From positions 96,001 to 160,000 of the forward strand of contig JBMFSH010000001.1 of the NCBI GenBank assembly GCA_049967655.1: 64,000 nt of DNA. Direction: 5' to 3'. Source of the DNA: Acidobacteriota bacterium (GTDB lineage Bacteria > Acidobacteriota > UBA4820 > DSQY01). Below, piece after piece: positions 30,057 to 43,078 of the stretch. Within the stretch, counting starts at the first letter, position 1, and each line of letters opens with the position of its first letter. Position numbers and translations under genes: made by a program. Below the pieces are notes generated by a model that ran no database searches, had not been told where the DNA came from, and saw only the letters and a list, made by a program, of their open reading frames with translations.

Positions 30057-30069
30057 CCTCCCATCCCAG

Positions 30070-30098
30070 CTGGCATTCCCTGGAAATCCTGATATAAT
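30070..30098 (+). promoter_or_regulatory. Extended -10 promoter of lepA
   Basis: TGaTATAAT at 30090-30098; weak -35 CTGGCA at 17 bp. Confidence 0.6.
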
Positions 30099-30165
30099 CG
30101 GCGTTTCACGGAACCACGTTGGGCCGTAAGGATAGGCGGGAGTGGTCCCGCGGAGGGCGCCGGAG

Positions 30166-31980
30166 ATGGAACTCGATCGCATCAGGAACTTCTCCATCAT
30201 CGCGCACATCGATCACGGCAAGACGACCCTCTCCGACCGGATCCTGGAGGCCACCCACGCGGTGAGCGAGCGCGAGATGGTGGCACAGTTCCTGGACGGG
30301 ATGGACCTGGAAAGGGAGCGGGGCATCACCATCAAGGCCCACGCCGTGAGCCTCCGCTACCAGGCCCTGGACGGCCATGAGTACCAGCTCAACCTCATCG
30401 ACACCCCCGGCCACGTGGACTTCAACTACGAGGTCTCGCGGGCGCTGGCGGCCTGCGAGGGCGCCCTGCTGGTGGTGGACGCTACGCAGGGGGTGGAGGC
30501 CCAGACCCTGGCCAACGCCTACCTCGCCGTGGATCAGGGCCTCGAAATCGTGCCCGTCATCAACAAGATCGATCTGCCCTCGGCCCAGCCCGAGCGGGTG
30601 GCGCAGGAGATCGAAGAGGTGGTGGGGCTGGACGCCACGGAGGCCATCCTGACCTCGGCCAAGGAGCGCATCGGCATCCAGGAGGTCCTGGAGGCGGTGG
30701 TGAACCGCCTCCCTCCGCCCAAGGGTCTCAGGGAGGCCCCCCTGAAGGCCATGGTCTTTGACTCCTGGTATGACGCCTACCGTGGGGTGATCATGCTCGT
30801 CCGCGTGATCGACGGCCGCATCGGCGTGAAGGACCGCGTCCGCTTCATGAACTTGGGTACGGACCACGACGTGGAGGCCCTGGGGATCTTCACGCCCAAG
30901 CCCCTTGCCGTCCCGCTGCTGGAGGCCGGCGAGGTGGGATTCGTCATCGCCGGTATCAAGGAGGTCCAGGAGGTGCGCGTGGGGGACACCCTCACCTCAC
31001 CGACCAACCCCACCCAAGAGGCCTTCGGCGGTTTTCGCAAGGTCAAACCCATGGTCTTCGCGGGGCTCTATCCGGTGGATCCATCGGACTACCCCAACCT
31101 GCGCGAGGCCCTGGACAAGCTGAGGTTGAACGACTCCTCCTTCGTCTTTGAGCCGGAGACGAGCGAGGCCCTGGGCTTCGGCTTCCGGTGCGGCTTCCTG
31201 GGCTTCCTCCACATGGAGATCATCCAGGAGCGCCTGGAGAGGGAGTTTAACCTGGACCTTATCACCACGGCCCCCAACGTCCGATACCAGGTGCTCAACA
31301 GAAAGCAGGAGGTGGTGGACATCGAGAACCCCTCCCAGCTGCCCTCTCCGGTGGAAACGGAGGAGATCCGGGAGCCCTACGCCTCCGTCACCGTCCTCAC
31401 GCGGAGCGAGTACGTCGGCAACCTGCTCCGGCTTTTCGAGGAGCGACGGGGGACCCAGAGCGCCTTTCAATACGCCTCGCAGGATACGGTCCTCCTCAAG
31501 TACGACATGCCGCTGAGCGAGATCATCGTGGACTTCTACGACCGCCTGAAGGCGCTCTCCCGCGGCTACGCCTCCATGGACTACCAGGTGGAGGGTTACA
31601 AGCCGGGCGATCTCGTCAAGCTGGACATCATAGTGAACGGCAAGCCGGTGGATGCCCTCTCCTTCATCGTCCACCGGGACCAGGCCGAGAGCCGCGGGCG
31701 GGCCATCGCCCAGAAGCTGAAGGAGTCCATCCCCCGCCAGCTCTTCGAGGTGGTGGTGCAGGCGGCCCTGGGGAGCCGCATCGTCTGCCGGACCGTCGTC
31801 AAGCCCCTGCGCAAGAACGTGCTCGCCAAGTGCTACGGAGGCGACATCACGAGAAAGCGCAAGCTTCTGGAAAAGCAGAAGGAGGGCAAGAAGCGCATGA
31901 AGCAGGTGGGCGAGGTCCAGATCCCCCAGGAGGCCTTCCTCTCCGTCCTCCGGGTGCAGGCCGGGGGAGACGAGAAGTAG
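30166..31980 (+). CDS. lepA: Translation elongation factor 4
   Basis: [57 protein letters not shown]. Confidence 0.97.
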   Translation: MELDRIRNFSIIAHIDHGKTTLSDRILEATHAVSEREMVAQFLDGMDLERERGITIKAHAVSLRYQALDGHEYQLNLIDTPGHVDFNYEVSRALAACEGALLVVDATQGVEAQTLANAYLAVDQGLEIVPVINKIDLPSAQPERVAQEIEEVVGLDATEAILTSAKERIGIQEVLEAVVNRLPPPKGLREAPLKAMVFDSWYDAYRGVIMLVRVIDGRIGVKDRVRFMNLGTDHDVEALGIFTPKPLAVPLLEAGEVGFVIAGIKEVQEVRVGDTLTSPTNPTQEAFGGFRKVKPMVFAGLYPVDPSDYPNLREALDKLRLNDSSFVFEPETSEALGFGFRCGFLGFLHMEIIQERLEREFNLDLITTAPNVRYQVLNRKQEVVDIENPSQLPSPVETEEIREPYASVTVLTRSEYVGNLLRLFEERRGTQSAFQYASQDTVLLKYDMPLSEIIVDFYDRLKALSRGYASMDYQVEGYKPGDLVKLDIIVNGKPVDALSFIVHRDQAESRGRAIAQKLKESIPRQLFEVVVQAALGSRIVCRTVVKPLRKNVLAKCYGGDITRKRKLLEKQKEGKKRMKQVGEVQIPQEAFLSVLRVQAGGDEK

Positions 31981-32019
31981 CGCCGCGCCGTGGCCGCACG
32001 CCACTCCCCGGCTGGTGCC

Positions 32020-32105
32020 TCGGCCAGCCGAACGTGTCAACACTCTTTAGAAATGTCCCCTTCGGCCAGCCGAACGTTGTGGAATATAAGGGAATACTGT
32101 ATACT
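32020..32105 (+). promoter_or_regulatory. pheS promoter region with a 16-bp direct repeat
   Basis: TCGGCCAGCCGAACGT at 32020-32035 and 32062-32077; TTGTGG-17 bp-TATACT at 32077-32105. Confidence 0.5.
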
Positions 32106-32127
32106 TCCCATTTCGATGGAGAGGTGT

Positions 32128-33138
32128 ATGCACCTGGAGCGAATTGAGCAGATCCGGCGAGACTTTTCCCGCGACATCGAGGAGGCCTCCACCGAATCGG
32201 CCCTGTTGGAAGTGAAGGGGCGGTATGTCGGCAAGAAGAGGGGCGTCCTGCAGGAGCTAATGGCCGCGCTCAAGACGCTACCGCCCGAAGAGCGGCGCGC
32301 ATTCGGCCAGAGCGTGAACGCCCTGAAGGAGGAGATGGAGGCCGGGGTGGAGGCGGCGCTGGGGCGCATCCGCGCGGCCAGGAACGCCCCGCCTCCGGTG
32401 GACGTGACCCTGCCCGGCATCCGGCCCGAGCTTGGCACCATCCATCCCATCTCCCGCGTCCGGAGGGAGATCGAGGAGATCTTCCTCTCCATGGGGTACG
32501 CGGTGGCCTCGGGACCAGAGGTGGAGGACGCCTACCACAACTTCGAGGCCCTCAACACGCCGGCCGATCACCCCTCGCGCGACATCCAGGATACCTTCTA
32601 CCTGGAGGGGGACCTCCTGCTGAGGACCCAGACCTCCCCCGTCCAGATCCGCACCATGGAGGCGCGCAAGCCCCCCATCAAGATCATCGCCCCCGGGAGG
32701 GTCTTCCGGCGTGACGACGACGTGAGCCACTCCCCCATGTTCTTCCAGGTGGAGGGGCTGGTCGTGGACGAGGGGATCACCATGGCCCATCTCAAGGGGA
32801 CCCTCGCCCACTTCTACGCCAAGCTCTTCCAGAAGGAGGTGGCGGTGCGCTTCCGCCCCTCCTACTTCCCCTTCACCGAGCCGTCGGCCGAGACGGACCT
32901 CTCCTGCGTGCTCTGCGACGGCGCGGGGTGCCCGGTCTGCAAGCGCACCGGGTGGCTGGAGGTGGGCGGCTGCGGCATGGTGGACCCGGCGGTATTCGGC
33001 TTCGTGGGCATCGATCCGGAGCGCTACACGGGCTTCGCCTTCGGGCTCGGCATCGACCGCATGGCCATGCTCAAGTACGGCATCGACCACATCCGGCACT
33101 TCTGTGAGAATGACCTGCGATTCCTGGAGCAGTTCTGA
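32128..33138 (+). CDS. pheS: Phenylalanine--tRNA ligase alpha subunit
   Basis: NFEALN-PADHPSRD-QDTFY, LRTQTSPVQ, HSPMFFQVEG, RPSYFPFTEPS, GFAFGLGIDR. Confidence 0.97.
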   Translation: MHLERIEQIRRDFSRDIEEASTESALLEVKGRYVGKKRGVLQELMAALKTLPPEERRAFGQSVNALKEEMEAGVEAALGRIRAARNAPPPVDVTLPGIRPELGTIHPISRVRREIEEIFLSMGYAVASGPEVEDAYHNFEALNTPADHPSRDIQDTFYLEGDLLLRTQTSPVQIRTMEARKPPIKIIAPGRVFRRDDDVSHSPMFFQVEGLVVDEGITMAHLKGTLAHFYAKLFQKEVAVRFRPSYFPFTEPSAETDLSCVLCDGAGCPVCKRTGWLEVGGCGMVDPAVFGFVGIDPERYTGFAFGLGIDRMAMLKYGIDHIRHFCENDLRFLEQF

Positions 33139-33145
33139 GGCCGCC

Positions 33146-35185
33146 ATGAAATTTCCCATGGGATGGATCGCGCAATACGTGGAGCTACCGGCGGACGAGG
33201 AGGCGGTGGCCCGCGCCTTCACCCTCTCGGGGAGCGAGGTGGAGGGCAGGGAGCGAGTCGAGGACGAGACGGTCTTCGACTTCAACATCACGGTCAACCG
33301 CCCGGACTGCATGAGCGTCTACGGGTTGGCCAGGGAGGCGTCGGTGCTTCTGGGCAAGCCCCTGCGGTCGCCGGAGACCGACTGTGAAGAGGCGGGTCCG
33401 GCCGTGGCCGACCTCACCGGCGTGACCGTGGAGGCCCCCGACCTCTGCCCAAGGTACAGGGCGCGCGTCATCACCGGCCTCCGCGTGGGGCAGAGCCCCG
33501 CATGGATGCAGAAGCGCCTCATCCAGTGCGGGGTCCGGCCCATCAATGCCGTTGTGGACGTGACCAACTACGTCCTCCTGGAGATGGGCCATCCGCTGCA
33601 CGCTTTCGATATGGCCAGGCTTGCCGAACGGCGCATCGTGGTCAGGAGAGCCCGCGCCGGCGAGACGATCCTCACTCTGGATGGAGTGCAGCGAAAGCTC
33701 GACGCGGAGCGGCTCGTCATCGCCGACGCGGTCCGCCCGGTGGCGCTGGCTGGTGTCATGGGCGGCGAGGAGACGGGAGTCACGGAGGCCACCGCGGATC
33801 TACTGCTGGAGGGGGCCGTGTTCGATCCCGTCAGCATCCGCCGCACGAGCAGGGCCTTCGGTATGCACACGGACGCCTCCCACCGCTTCGAGCGGGGAGT
33901 GGACCCCGAAGGCCCCTTAGCCGCCCTGGACCGGGCCGCCCGTCTCATCGTCAATCTCTGCGGCGGCCGCCTGGCCAAGGGCGCCGTGGATGTTTACCCG
34001 GCGCCGGCCGGTCCGCGAGCGGTGACCCTCCGACACGCCCGCTTGGAGGCCCTTCTCGGCATGCGGGTGCGGCCGGAACGGTGTGCATCCATCCTGCGCT
34101 CCCTGGGCTTCGGCCTGGAAGAGAGCGCCGCCCGGGTCTGGACGGTGACGGTGCCCTCGTTCCGCGTGGATGTCTCCAGGGAGGCGGACCTCATCGAGGA
34201 GGTGGTTCGGATCCACGGCCTCGAGGACCTGCCCTCCGAACTGCCCTCGGGCGTGGACCCAGTGGGGGGAAGGCCGCCGGAGCAGGCCCTGGAGGAGCGC
34301 CTTCGCGACCTGCTCTGGGCTTCGGGGTGCAGCGAGACCATCCACATGAGCATGACCGACCCGGCCCTGGAGGCAGCCTTTGGCGAGGGCCGGGAACCCG
34401 TCCTCCTCAGCAACCCGCTCACCCCGGCTTTCTCGGTGCTGCGAACCTCCCTGCTCGGCCCCATGGCCGCTTCCCTGGCCAGAAACCGCGCCAGGGGAGC
34501 CAGGCGCGCGGCCCTGTTCGAGCTGGGAAAGGTTTATCCCAGGGGGGACAACGGAACCCCGCTGGAATCGTCCAGGCTGGCGATCCTTCTGTACGCCGAT
34601 GCGCCGCCCGCCCGCTGGGGAACCCCTCGGCCACCGGGCCTTCTGGAACTGAAGGGCAAGGTGGAGGCAATCCTCGAACGCCTGCGCATCTGCGCCTCGT
34701 TCGAACCCTCCGAAGGCCGCCCCTTCGCCGCCGGCTCGTGCGTGGCGGTGCAGGCGGGCCCCGTGAGACTCGGTCGCCTCGGCGCCTTGGACCCCAAGGC
34801 CCTGGAAGCGGCCGGACTGAAGAGCGGAGCGGCCTACGGGGCGGAGCTCGATCTGGGTGCGCTCTCCGCCCTGGAGAGCCAACCGAGGTTTGCGCCACTC
34901 TCCCGCTTCCCTTCGGTGGTTCGCGATTTTTCGGTGATGGTGGACAAGCGGGTCCCTTGGGGGGACTTGCTGAAGGCCTTGCAGAGCCTTGCTCTGGCCG
35001 ATCTGAGGTCCGTGGAGCTCGTGGACTGCTACGAGGGAAGGGGGGTTCCCGAGGGACAGCGCTCGGTGACTTTCTCGTTGACGTTTCAGGCTGCCGACCG
35101 GACACTGACCGAAGCGGACGTGGCTCCCGTGGCCAATGCCTTGATGGCGGTCCTGGGTCCGCGTTTCGGCGCCACCCTACGCTAG
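33146..35185 (+). CDS. pheT: Phenylalanine--tRNA ligase beta subunit, lacking the B2 OB domain
   Basis: NRPDCMSVYGLARE, DVTNYVLLEMGHPLHAFD, RFERGVD, DLIEEVVRIHG, RFPSVVRDFS, DRTLT. Confidence 0.95.
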   Translation: MKFPMGWIAQYVELPADEEAVARAFTLSGSEVEGRERVEDETVFDFNITVNRPDCMSVYGLAREASVLLGKPLRSPETDCEEAGPAVADLTGVTVEAPDLCPRYRARVITGLRVGQSPAWMQKRLIQCGVRPINAVVDVTNYVLLEMGHPLHAFDMARLAERRIVVRRARAGETILTLDGVQRKLDAERLVIADAVRPVALAGVMGGEETGVTEATADLLLEGAVFDPVSIRRTSRAFGMHTDASHRFERGVDPEGPLAALDRAARLIVNLCGGRLAKGAVDVYPAPAGPRAVTLRHARLEALLGMRVRPERCASILRSLGFGLEESAARVWTVTVPSFRVDVSREADLIEEVVRIHGLEDLPSELPSGVDPVGGRPPEQALEERLRDLLWASGCSETIHMSMTDPALEAAFGEGREPVLLSNPLTPAFSVLRTSLLGPMAASLARNRARGARRAALFELGKVYPRGDNGTPLESSRLAILLYADAPPARWGTPRPPGLLELKGKVEAILERLRICASFEPSEGRPFAAGSCVAVQAGPVRLGRLGALDPKALEAAGLKSGAAYGAELDLGALSALESQPRFAPLSRFPSVVRDFSVMVDKRVPWGDLLKALQSLALADLRSVELVDCYEGRGVPEGQRSVTFSLTFQAADRTLTEADVAPVANALMAVLGPRFGATLR

Positions 35186-35194
35186 GAGAGTCAG

Positions 35195-35446
35195 ATGCTT
35201 TTCGATGGTGAAGGAAAAAGCGTCCAGAAGGAATTGTTTGAGAAACTCAAGGAGCGCGCTCGAGAGGTGTCGAGCGCACTCAAGGAGCTCAGGAAGGAGA
35301 ACGAGCGGCTGAAGGCCGAGGCTGCCTCCGCTCGCGCCGATGCAGACCGGCTCAAGGATCAGGTTGCCTTCTATGAAGGAGAGCGACAGGAGCTCAAGGC
35401 GGTGGTCGAGGAGCTTCTGAAGGAGTTCGAACAGGTCGCGCAATGA
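35195..35446 (+). CDS. zapB: ZapB-like coiled-coil protein
   Basis: 83-aa continuous heptad coil between pheT and zapA. Confidence 0.6.
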   Translation: MLFDGEGKSVQKELFEKLKERAREVSSALKELRKENERLKAEAASARADADRLKDQVAFYEGERQELKAVVEELLKEFEQVAQ

Positions 35447-35736
35447 GCCAGAATGGGGATCACCTTGTGGAGTTGGACATCCTGGGCCAGACCTACCAGG
35501 TCCGGGTGCACGGCTCCCAGGAGTGGGCGCAGAAGGTTGGCGGCTTAGTGGACGAGACCATGCGGCAAATCCAGCGAGAAACGCGGCTCCAGGAAACCAC
35601 CAAGGTGGCCATCCTCGCCGCCTTGAACCTGGCGGATCGTCTGATCACCCTCCAAGAGAATCAAGAGGTCGCGGCGGCCGAACTGCAATCGGTTTCGCAG
35701 CAGGTCGCCCAAGCCCTTGAGGAGGCTTTGCGCTGA
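35443..35736 (+). CDS. zapA: Cell division protein ZapA
   Basis: VELDILGQTYQV...VDETMRQI...KVAILAALNLAD. Confidence 0.88.
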   Translation: MSQNGDHLVELDILGQTYQVRVHGSQEWAQKVGGLVDETMRQIQRETRLQETTKVAILAALNLADRLITLQENQEVAAAELQSVSQQVAQALEEALR

Positions 35737-35782
35737 ACCGACCGTCCTGATCCCCCCTTGGCCCTAAGAGGGGAGGCGTACC

Positions 35783-37342
35783 TTGATCATAATAACCATT
35801 GTGGTGGCCCTTCTGGCACTGCTGCTGGGCGCCGGCATCGTGGCCGGCGTGTGGCGGATACAGCACCGGAACGAGGTCCGCCAGGCCAGCTCCGAGGCGG
35901 ATCTCATCCGCGACCGCGCCCAGAGGGAGGCGCAGCAGCTCCTCCAGGACGCGGAGGTGAAGGCCAAGGAGCGCTTGCTTGCCCGTGAACAGGCGCTCGA
36001 GAAGGAGTGGAAGAACAAGCGGAAAGAGCTCTCCAAGCTGGAGTCCGACCTGGCCGCGCGGGACCAGCAGCTCGAGAGGGGCCAGGCCCAGCTCAAGGAG
36101 CAACAGAACGAGTTCGCGGCGCGCGAAAAGAAGCTGGCCCAGCGCGAGGAGATCGTCGACAAGGAGAAGCGGGAGGCCGAAACCCTCCTGAAGTCCCAAC
36201 GGAGCAAGCTCGAGGAGATAGCCGGCCTCTCCACCGCCGACGCCAAGGCCGAGCTCCTACGGCAGCTCGAATACGACGCCCGCAAGGAGGCGACCCGCCT
36301 CATCAAGAAGGTCGAGGAGAACGCCCGTGACAGGGCGAAGAACCTCGCCCGCATCATCACGACCCAGGCGGTCGAGAAGGTCGTCCCTTTCCTCCCCCTG
36401 GAGGGAGCCGTTGCCGTGGTGCGCCTCCCCAACGAGGAGATGAAGGGCCGGATCATCGGCCGGGAGGGCCGCAACATCCGTGCCTTCGAACGGGTCACGG
36501 GGGTGGACGTGATCGTGGACGACACGCCCGAGATCATCATGCTGGCCAGCCACAACCCCCTCAGGCGCGAGGTGGCCCGCGTCACGCTCGAGCAGCTGGT
36601 GGAGGACGGCCGCATCCATCCAGCCCGCATCGAGGAGTTCCACGAAAAGGCCCGGGAGCAGGTGGACGAGGTCATCATGCAGCAGGGTCGAGACACCCTC
36701 TTCCACCTGGGCATCCCCGACATGCACGAGCGGCTGATCCACCTCGTGGGACGCATGCGCTTCCGGATGATGCACGGGCAGAACCTGCTCGAGCACAGCA
36801 TCGAGACGGCCAAGATCGCCCTGTTCATGGCCCAGGCCCTGGACGCCAACGGAGACATCGTCAAGCGGGCCGGAATCCTCCACGAGATCGGCCACATCGA
36901 GGAAAACATGGGCGATGTGCACCCGGCGCTGGCGGCCTCTCATTTGGCGAAGCGTTTCGGCGAGTCGCCGGCGGTTGCGGCCTGCATCGCCCACCTCCAC
37001 GCGGACCATCCGTCCACCCTGCCCGAGGCCCACCTGCTGGAGACGGCTGAGAACCTCGCGCTTTCAGCCCCGGGGGTGCACAAGCACGGGCTGGAGAAGT
37101 ACATCGAGCACATGGACTCCCTGGAACAGCTCATCATGGGCTTCAAGGGGGTCAAGAGGGTCTACGCCATGAAGGCGGGCCGGGAACTGCTGATCCTGGT
37201 GGATTCGGCCAGTGTGGACGACGAATACACCATCTGGCTGGCCAAGGACATCGCGGAGCGCATCGAGCGCGAGGTCAAATTCACGGGCCAGGTCAAGGTG
37301 CAGGTGGTGCGGGAGACCCGTTTCGTCGGGTACGCCACGTGA
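35783..37342 (+). CDS. rny: Ribonuclease Y homologue with altered HD motif
   Basis: N-terminal TM, coiled coil, KH (MKGRIIGREGRNIR), DGRIHPARIEE, GQNLLEHS; catalytic site reads LHEIGH; TTG start with GGGAGG. Confidence 0.9.
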   Translation: MIIITIVVALLALLLGAGIVAGVWRIQHRNEVRQASSEADLIRDRAQREAQQLLQDAEVKAKERLLAREQALEKEWKNKRKELSKLESDLAARDQQLERGQAQLKEQQNEFAAREKKLAQREEIVDKEKREAETLLKSQRSKLEEIAGLSTADAKAELLRQLEYDARKEATRLIKKVEENARDRAKNLARIITTQAVEKVVPFLPLEGAVAVVRLPNEEMKGRIIGREGRNIRAFERVTGVDVIVDDTPEIIMLASHNPLRREVARVTLEQLVEDGRIHPARIEEFHEKAREQVDEVIMQQGRDTLFHLGIPDMHERLIHLVGRMRFRMMHGQNLLEHSIETAKIALFMAQALDANGDIVKRAGILHEIGHIEENMGDVHPALAASHLAKRFGESPAVAACIAHLHADHPSTLPEAHLLETAENLALSAPGVHKHGLEKYIEHMDSLEQLIMGFKGVKRVYAMKAGRELLILVDSASVDDEYTIWLAKDIAERIEREVKFTGQVKVQVVRETRFVGYAT

Positions 37343-38127
37343 GGGTCCTCTTCATCGGCGACATCGTGGGGAAGCCGGGCCGGAGCGCCGTGAAGGAGGC
37401 TCTGCCCGGTCTGCGGGAGCGGCTCGCCCCCGATCTGGTGGTGGCCAACGCCGAGAACGCCGCCGGGGGCTTCGGCCTGACCCGCAAGGTCCTCGATGAG
37501 CTCTTCGGTTACGGATTGGACCTCCTGACCACCGGCAACCACATCTGGGACAAGAAGGAGATCCTCGCCTTCGTGGGCACGGAGGAGCGCCTCCTCCGGC
37601 CCGCCAACTACCCTCCAAAGGTTCCTGGGCGTGGTATCCAGCGCCTCGCCCTGCCCGATGGAAGGGCTCTCTGGGTGCTGAACCTCCAGGGCAAGATCCT
37701 CATGGCGCCGGTGGACTGCCCCTTCCGAAAGGCCGACGAACTCCTCGCGGCGCTGCCTGCGGCGGAGCGCTGCATCCTGGTGGACATGCACGCCGAAGCC
37801 ACGAGCGAGAAGCGGGCCATGGGCTTTTATCTCGACGGCCGGGTGAGCCTGGTGATCGGGACCCACACCCACGTGCCCACCGCCGACGAAGAGATCCTCC
37901 CGAAGGGGACGGGCTACCTCACGGACGCCGGCATGACGGGGCCCTACGGCTCCGTCATCGGCATGGAGGTCTCGGACTCGCTGGAGCGAATCCTCACCGG
38001 CATGCCGAGGATCCTCAACGTGGCCAAGGCGCAACTCCGCCTGGCCGGCCTTTTCGCCGAACTCGACGACGAGAGCGGCCGCTGCCTGTCCGTGGAGAGG
38101 ATCCTCCTTTCTCTGCCTCCCGCGTGA
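37339..38127 (+). CDS. ymdB: YmdB-family metallophosphoesterase
   Basis: FIGDIVGKPG, NAENAAGG, TTGNHIWD, DMHAEATSEK, GTHTHVPTAD, TDAGMTG. Confidence 0.93.
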   Translation: MRVLFIGDIVGKPGRSAVKEALPGLRERLAPDLVVANAENAAGGFGLTRKVLDELFGYGLDLLTTGNHIWDKKEILAFVGTEERLLRPANYPPKVPGRGIQRLALPDGRALWVLNLQGKILMAPVDCPFRKADELLAALPAAERCILVDMHAEATSEKRAMGFYLDGRVSLVIGTHTHVPTADEEILPKGTGYLTDAGMTGPYGSVIGMEVSDSLERILTGMPRILNVAKAQLRLAGLFAELDDESGRCLSVERILLSLPPA

Positions 38128-38260
38128 GGGCGGGAAAGAAAATCACCTTTCCTTCCGTTTCTTGCTCCTCTCCAGGAGCCGCGCTGGGCCCTAGATCCCA
38201 TCGCTCTTGGTCGAAGGCGGGTAGCGGCCCCGGTTTTCGCCATTTGCGCCTTGCCTCTTC

Positions 38261-38289
38261 TTGCCGGTGCCAGGCGGGGATGCTAGATT
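38261..38289 (+). promoter_or_regulatory. Sigma-70-type promoter
   Basis: TTGCCG-17 bp-TAGATT with TGn extension, 20 bp before ATG 38309. Confidence 0.55.
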
Positions 38290-38308
38290 GCCACTGAGGG
38301 ATGCGGCC

Positions 38309-39535
38309 ATGGCTGAGAAGATCCAGTTCGAGACGGCGCGGCGGACGCCCGATGCGGACGTGAAGCAGGTCCGCAACGCGGCGGAGGACAAGGGGGTCAT
38401 CCAGGAGGTGGACTCGGTGCTGGCGGCCGCCGTGGACGGCAACGCCACCGACATTCACTTCGAGCCGCAACAGGAGGGACTGACCGTCCGGACGAGGGTG
38501 GGCGGCCTCATGAGTACGGTCAAGGAGATGCCCGAGCGCACCAAGAGCAACGTCATCAACCGCCTCAAGGTCCTCTCGGGAATGGACATCACCAAGACCA
38601 AGATTCCCCAATCCGGATTCTTCCGGATGACGGCGGGCGAACGGAAGGTGGAGCTCTACGTCTACGTCCTGCCGACCCTTTACGGCGAATCCCTCGTGGT
38701 GAAGATCCAGTACAAGCAGAGCGCCACCATGAAGCTGGAGCAGCTCGGCATGAGCCCCGCGGTTCTTACGAGCTACCGTAGGGCCTTGGCCCGGAATTCT
38801 GGGCTCTACCTGGTCACGGGCCCTCCGGCATCGGGCAAGCGCACCACCCTCTACGCCTCCATTCTGGAGGTCATGAAGCCCGACCTTCTGGCCATGGGCT
38901 TCGATCCCATCGTGAAATACGAGATACCGGGCATGATCCAGGGCAAGCCGGACGATCGCAGCGAATTCACCTTCGCCGAGGCCATCGACGCCCTCATGAA
39001 ACAGGAGCCCGATCTGGCCTACATCGGCGACATCCTGAACCTGGACGAGGCTCGGGCCACCATCCAGGGCGCCTTCGCCAAGCGGCGGGTCTTTGCCCGA
39101 ATGACCGCCAACGACGCCATCAACGCCCTCCAGAACCTCATCGACATGGGGATCCAGCCCTTCCTCGTGGCGGCCTCCGTGGCCGCCATCCTGAACCAGC
39201 GGCTGATCCGCAGGCTCTGCCCGTCGTGCAAGGAGGCGTACCCGGTGGACGAGGCCCTCAAGAAGGAGCTGGGCTTCCGCTTTCCGGAGAACGCCCGCTT
39301 CTACAAGCCCAAGGGCTGTCCCCAATGCGAGTTTCGGGGCTTCAACGGGCAGGTGGCTATCTTCGAGCTCTACCTGCCGAGCGAGGAGCTCAACAAGCTG
39401 GTCGTGGCCAAGGAGCCCGTCCAGTCCCTGCGGCAGCGCGCCCAGAGGGAGGGCCAGAGCTCGCTGAAAATAGACGGCCTCCTGAAGGCACTCATTGGTC
39501 TGTGCACGCTCGAAGAGGTTCTGAACGCGCTGTGA
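38309..39535 (+). CDS. PilB/GspE-family secretion ATPase homologue with degenerate catalytic motifs
   Basis: ATDIHFEP, RLKVLSGMDI, LPTLYGESLV, NQRLIRRLCPSC..GCPQC, IFEL; Walker A GPPASGKRTT; Asp box, Walker B and His box altered. Confidence 0.85.
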   Translation: MAEKIQFETARRTPDADVKQVRNAAEDKGVIQEVDSVLAAAVDGNATDIHFEPQQEGLTVRTRVGGLMSTVKEMPERTKSNVINRLKVLSGMDITKTKIPQSGFFRMTAGERKVELYVYVLPTLYGESLVVKIQYKQSATMKLEQLGMSPAVLTSYRRALARNSGLYLVTGPPASGKRTTLYASILEVMKPDLLAMGFDPIVKYEIPGMIQGKPDDRSEFTFAEAIDALMKQEPDLAYIGDILNLDEARATIQGAFAKRRVFARMTANDAINALQNLIDMGIQPFLVAASVAAILNQRLIRRLCPSCKEAYPVDEALKKELGFRFPENARFYKPKGCPQCEFRGFNGQVAIFELYLPSEELNKLVVAKEPVQSLRQRAQREGQSSLKIDGLLKALIGLCTLEEVLNAL

Positions 39536-39549
39536 GCCGGAAGGGGCCC

Positions 39550-39941
39550 ATGCAGGAGAAGATCGTTCTGCGCATGAAGGACGGGAGTATGCGGAAGTGC
39601 TCCACCTACTCCCACTTCTCGGCGGCTTTCACCAAGATGAAGGTGGTGACCACGGAGGGCAAGGTCGAGAGCGTCGACCTCAGCGATCTGAAGGCCATCT
39701 TCTTCGTGTACGAGTTCGAGGGGAACCCCGGCTACAAGGCGGGCGAGGATTTCGAGGAGGCCTCCCCCAAGGCCGGAAGGATTGTCCGGGTCCGCTTCCA
39801 GGACGGGGAGGTGATCCGGGGCCGGGTTCTCAACCTGGCCGAGGGGCGGAGCGGATTTTTTCTCTACCCGGCGGATCCCCTGGATAACAACAGGAAGGTG
39901 TTTGTGGTGCGTTCCCCCGGCACCACGGTGGAGGTGGAGGG

Positions 39942-39945
<4 letters not shown>
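39550..39945 (+). CDS. Small tandem Sm-like protein (DUF6982-like), paralogue 2
   Basis: KIVLRMKDG / LKAIFFVYEF / GRIVRVRFQDGEVIRG / GFFLYPADP..NN. Confidence 0.8.
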
Positions 39946-43022
<3,077 letters not shown>

Positions 43023-43078
43023 GGAGCCCGCGAAACGGGTGTTTTGCGCCCGCCCGGGAAGGCGCGAGGGGAGGGAGG

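Noticed and set aside
35737..35782. 6S RNA (ssrS), often found after zapA
   Set aside because: Only 46 bp separate zapA and rny, far too short; at most a small hairpin over the RBS
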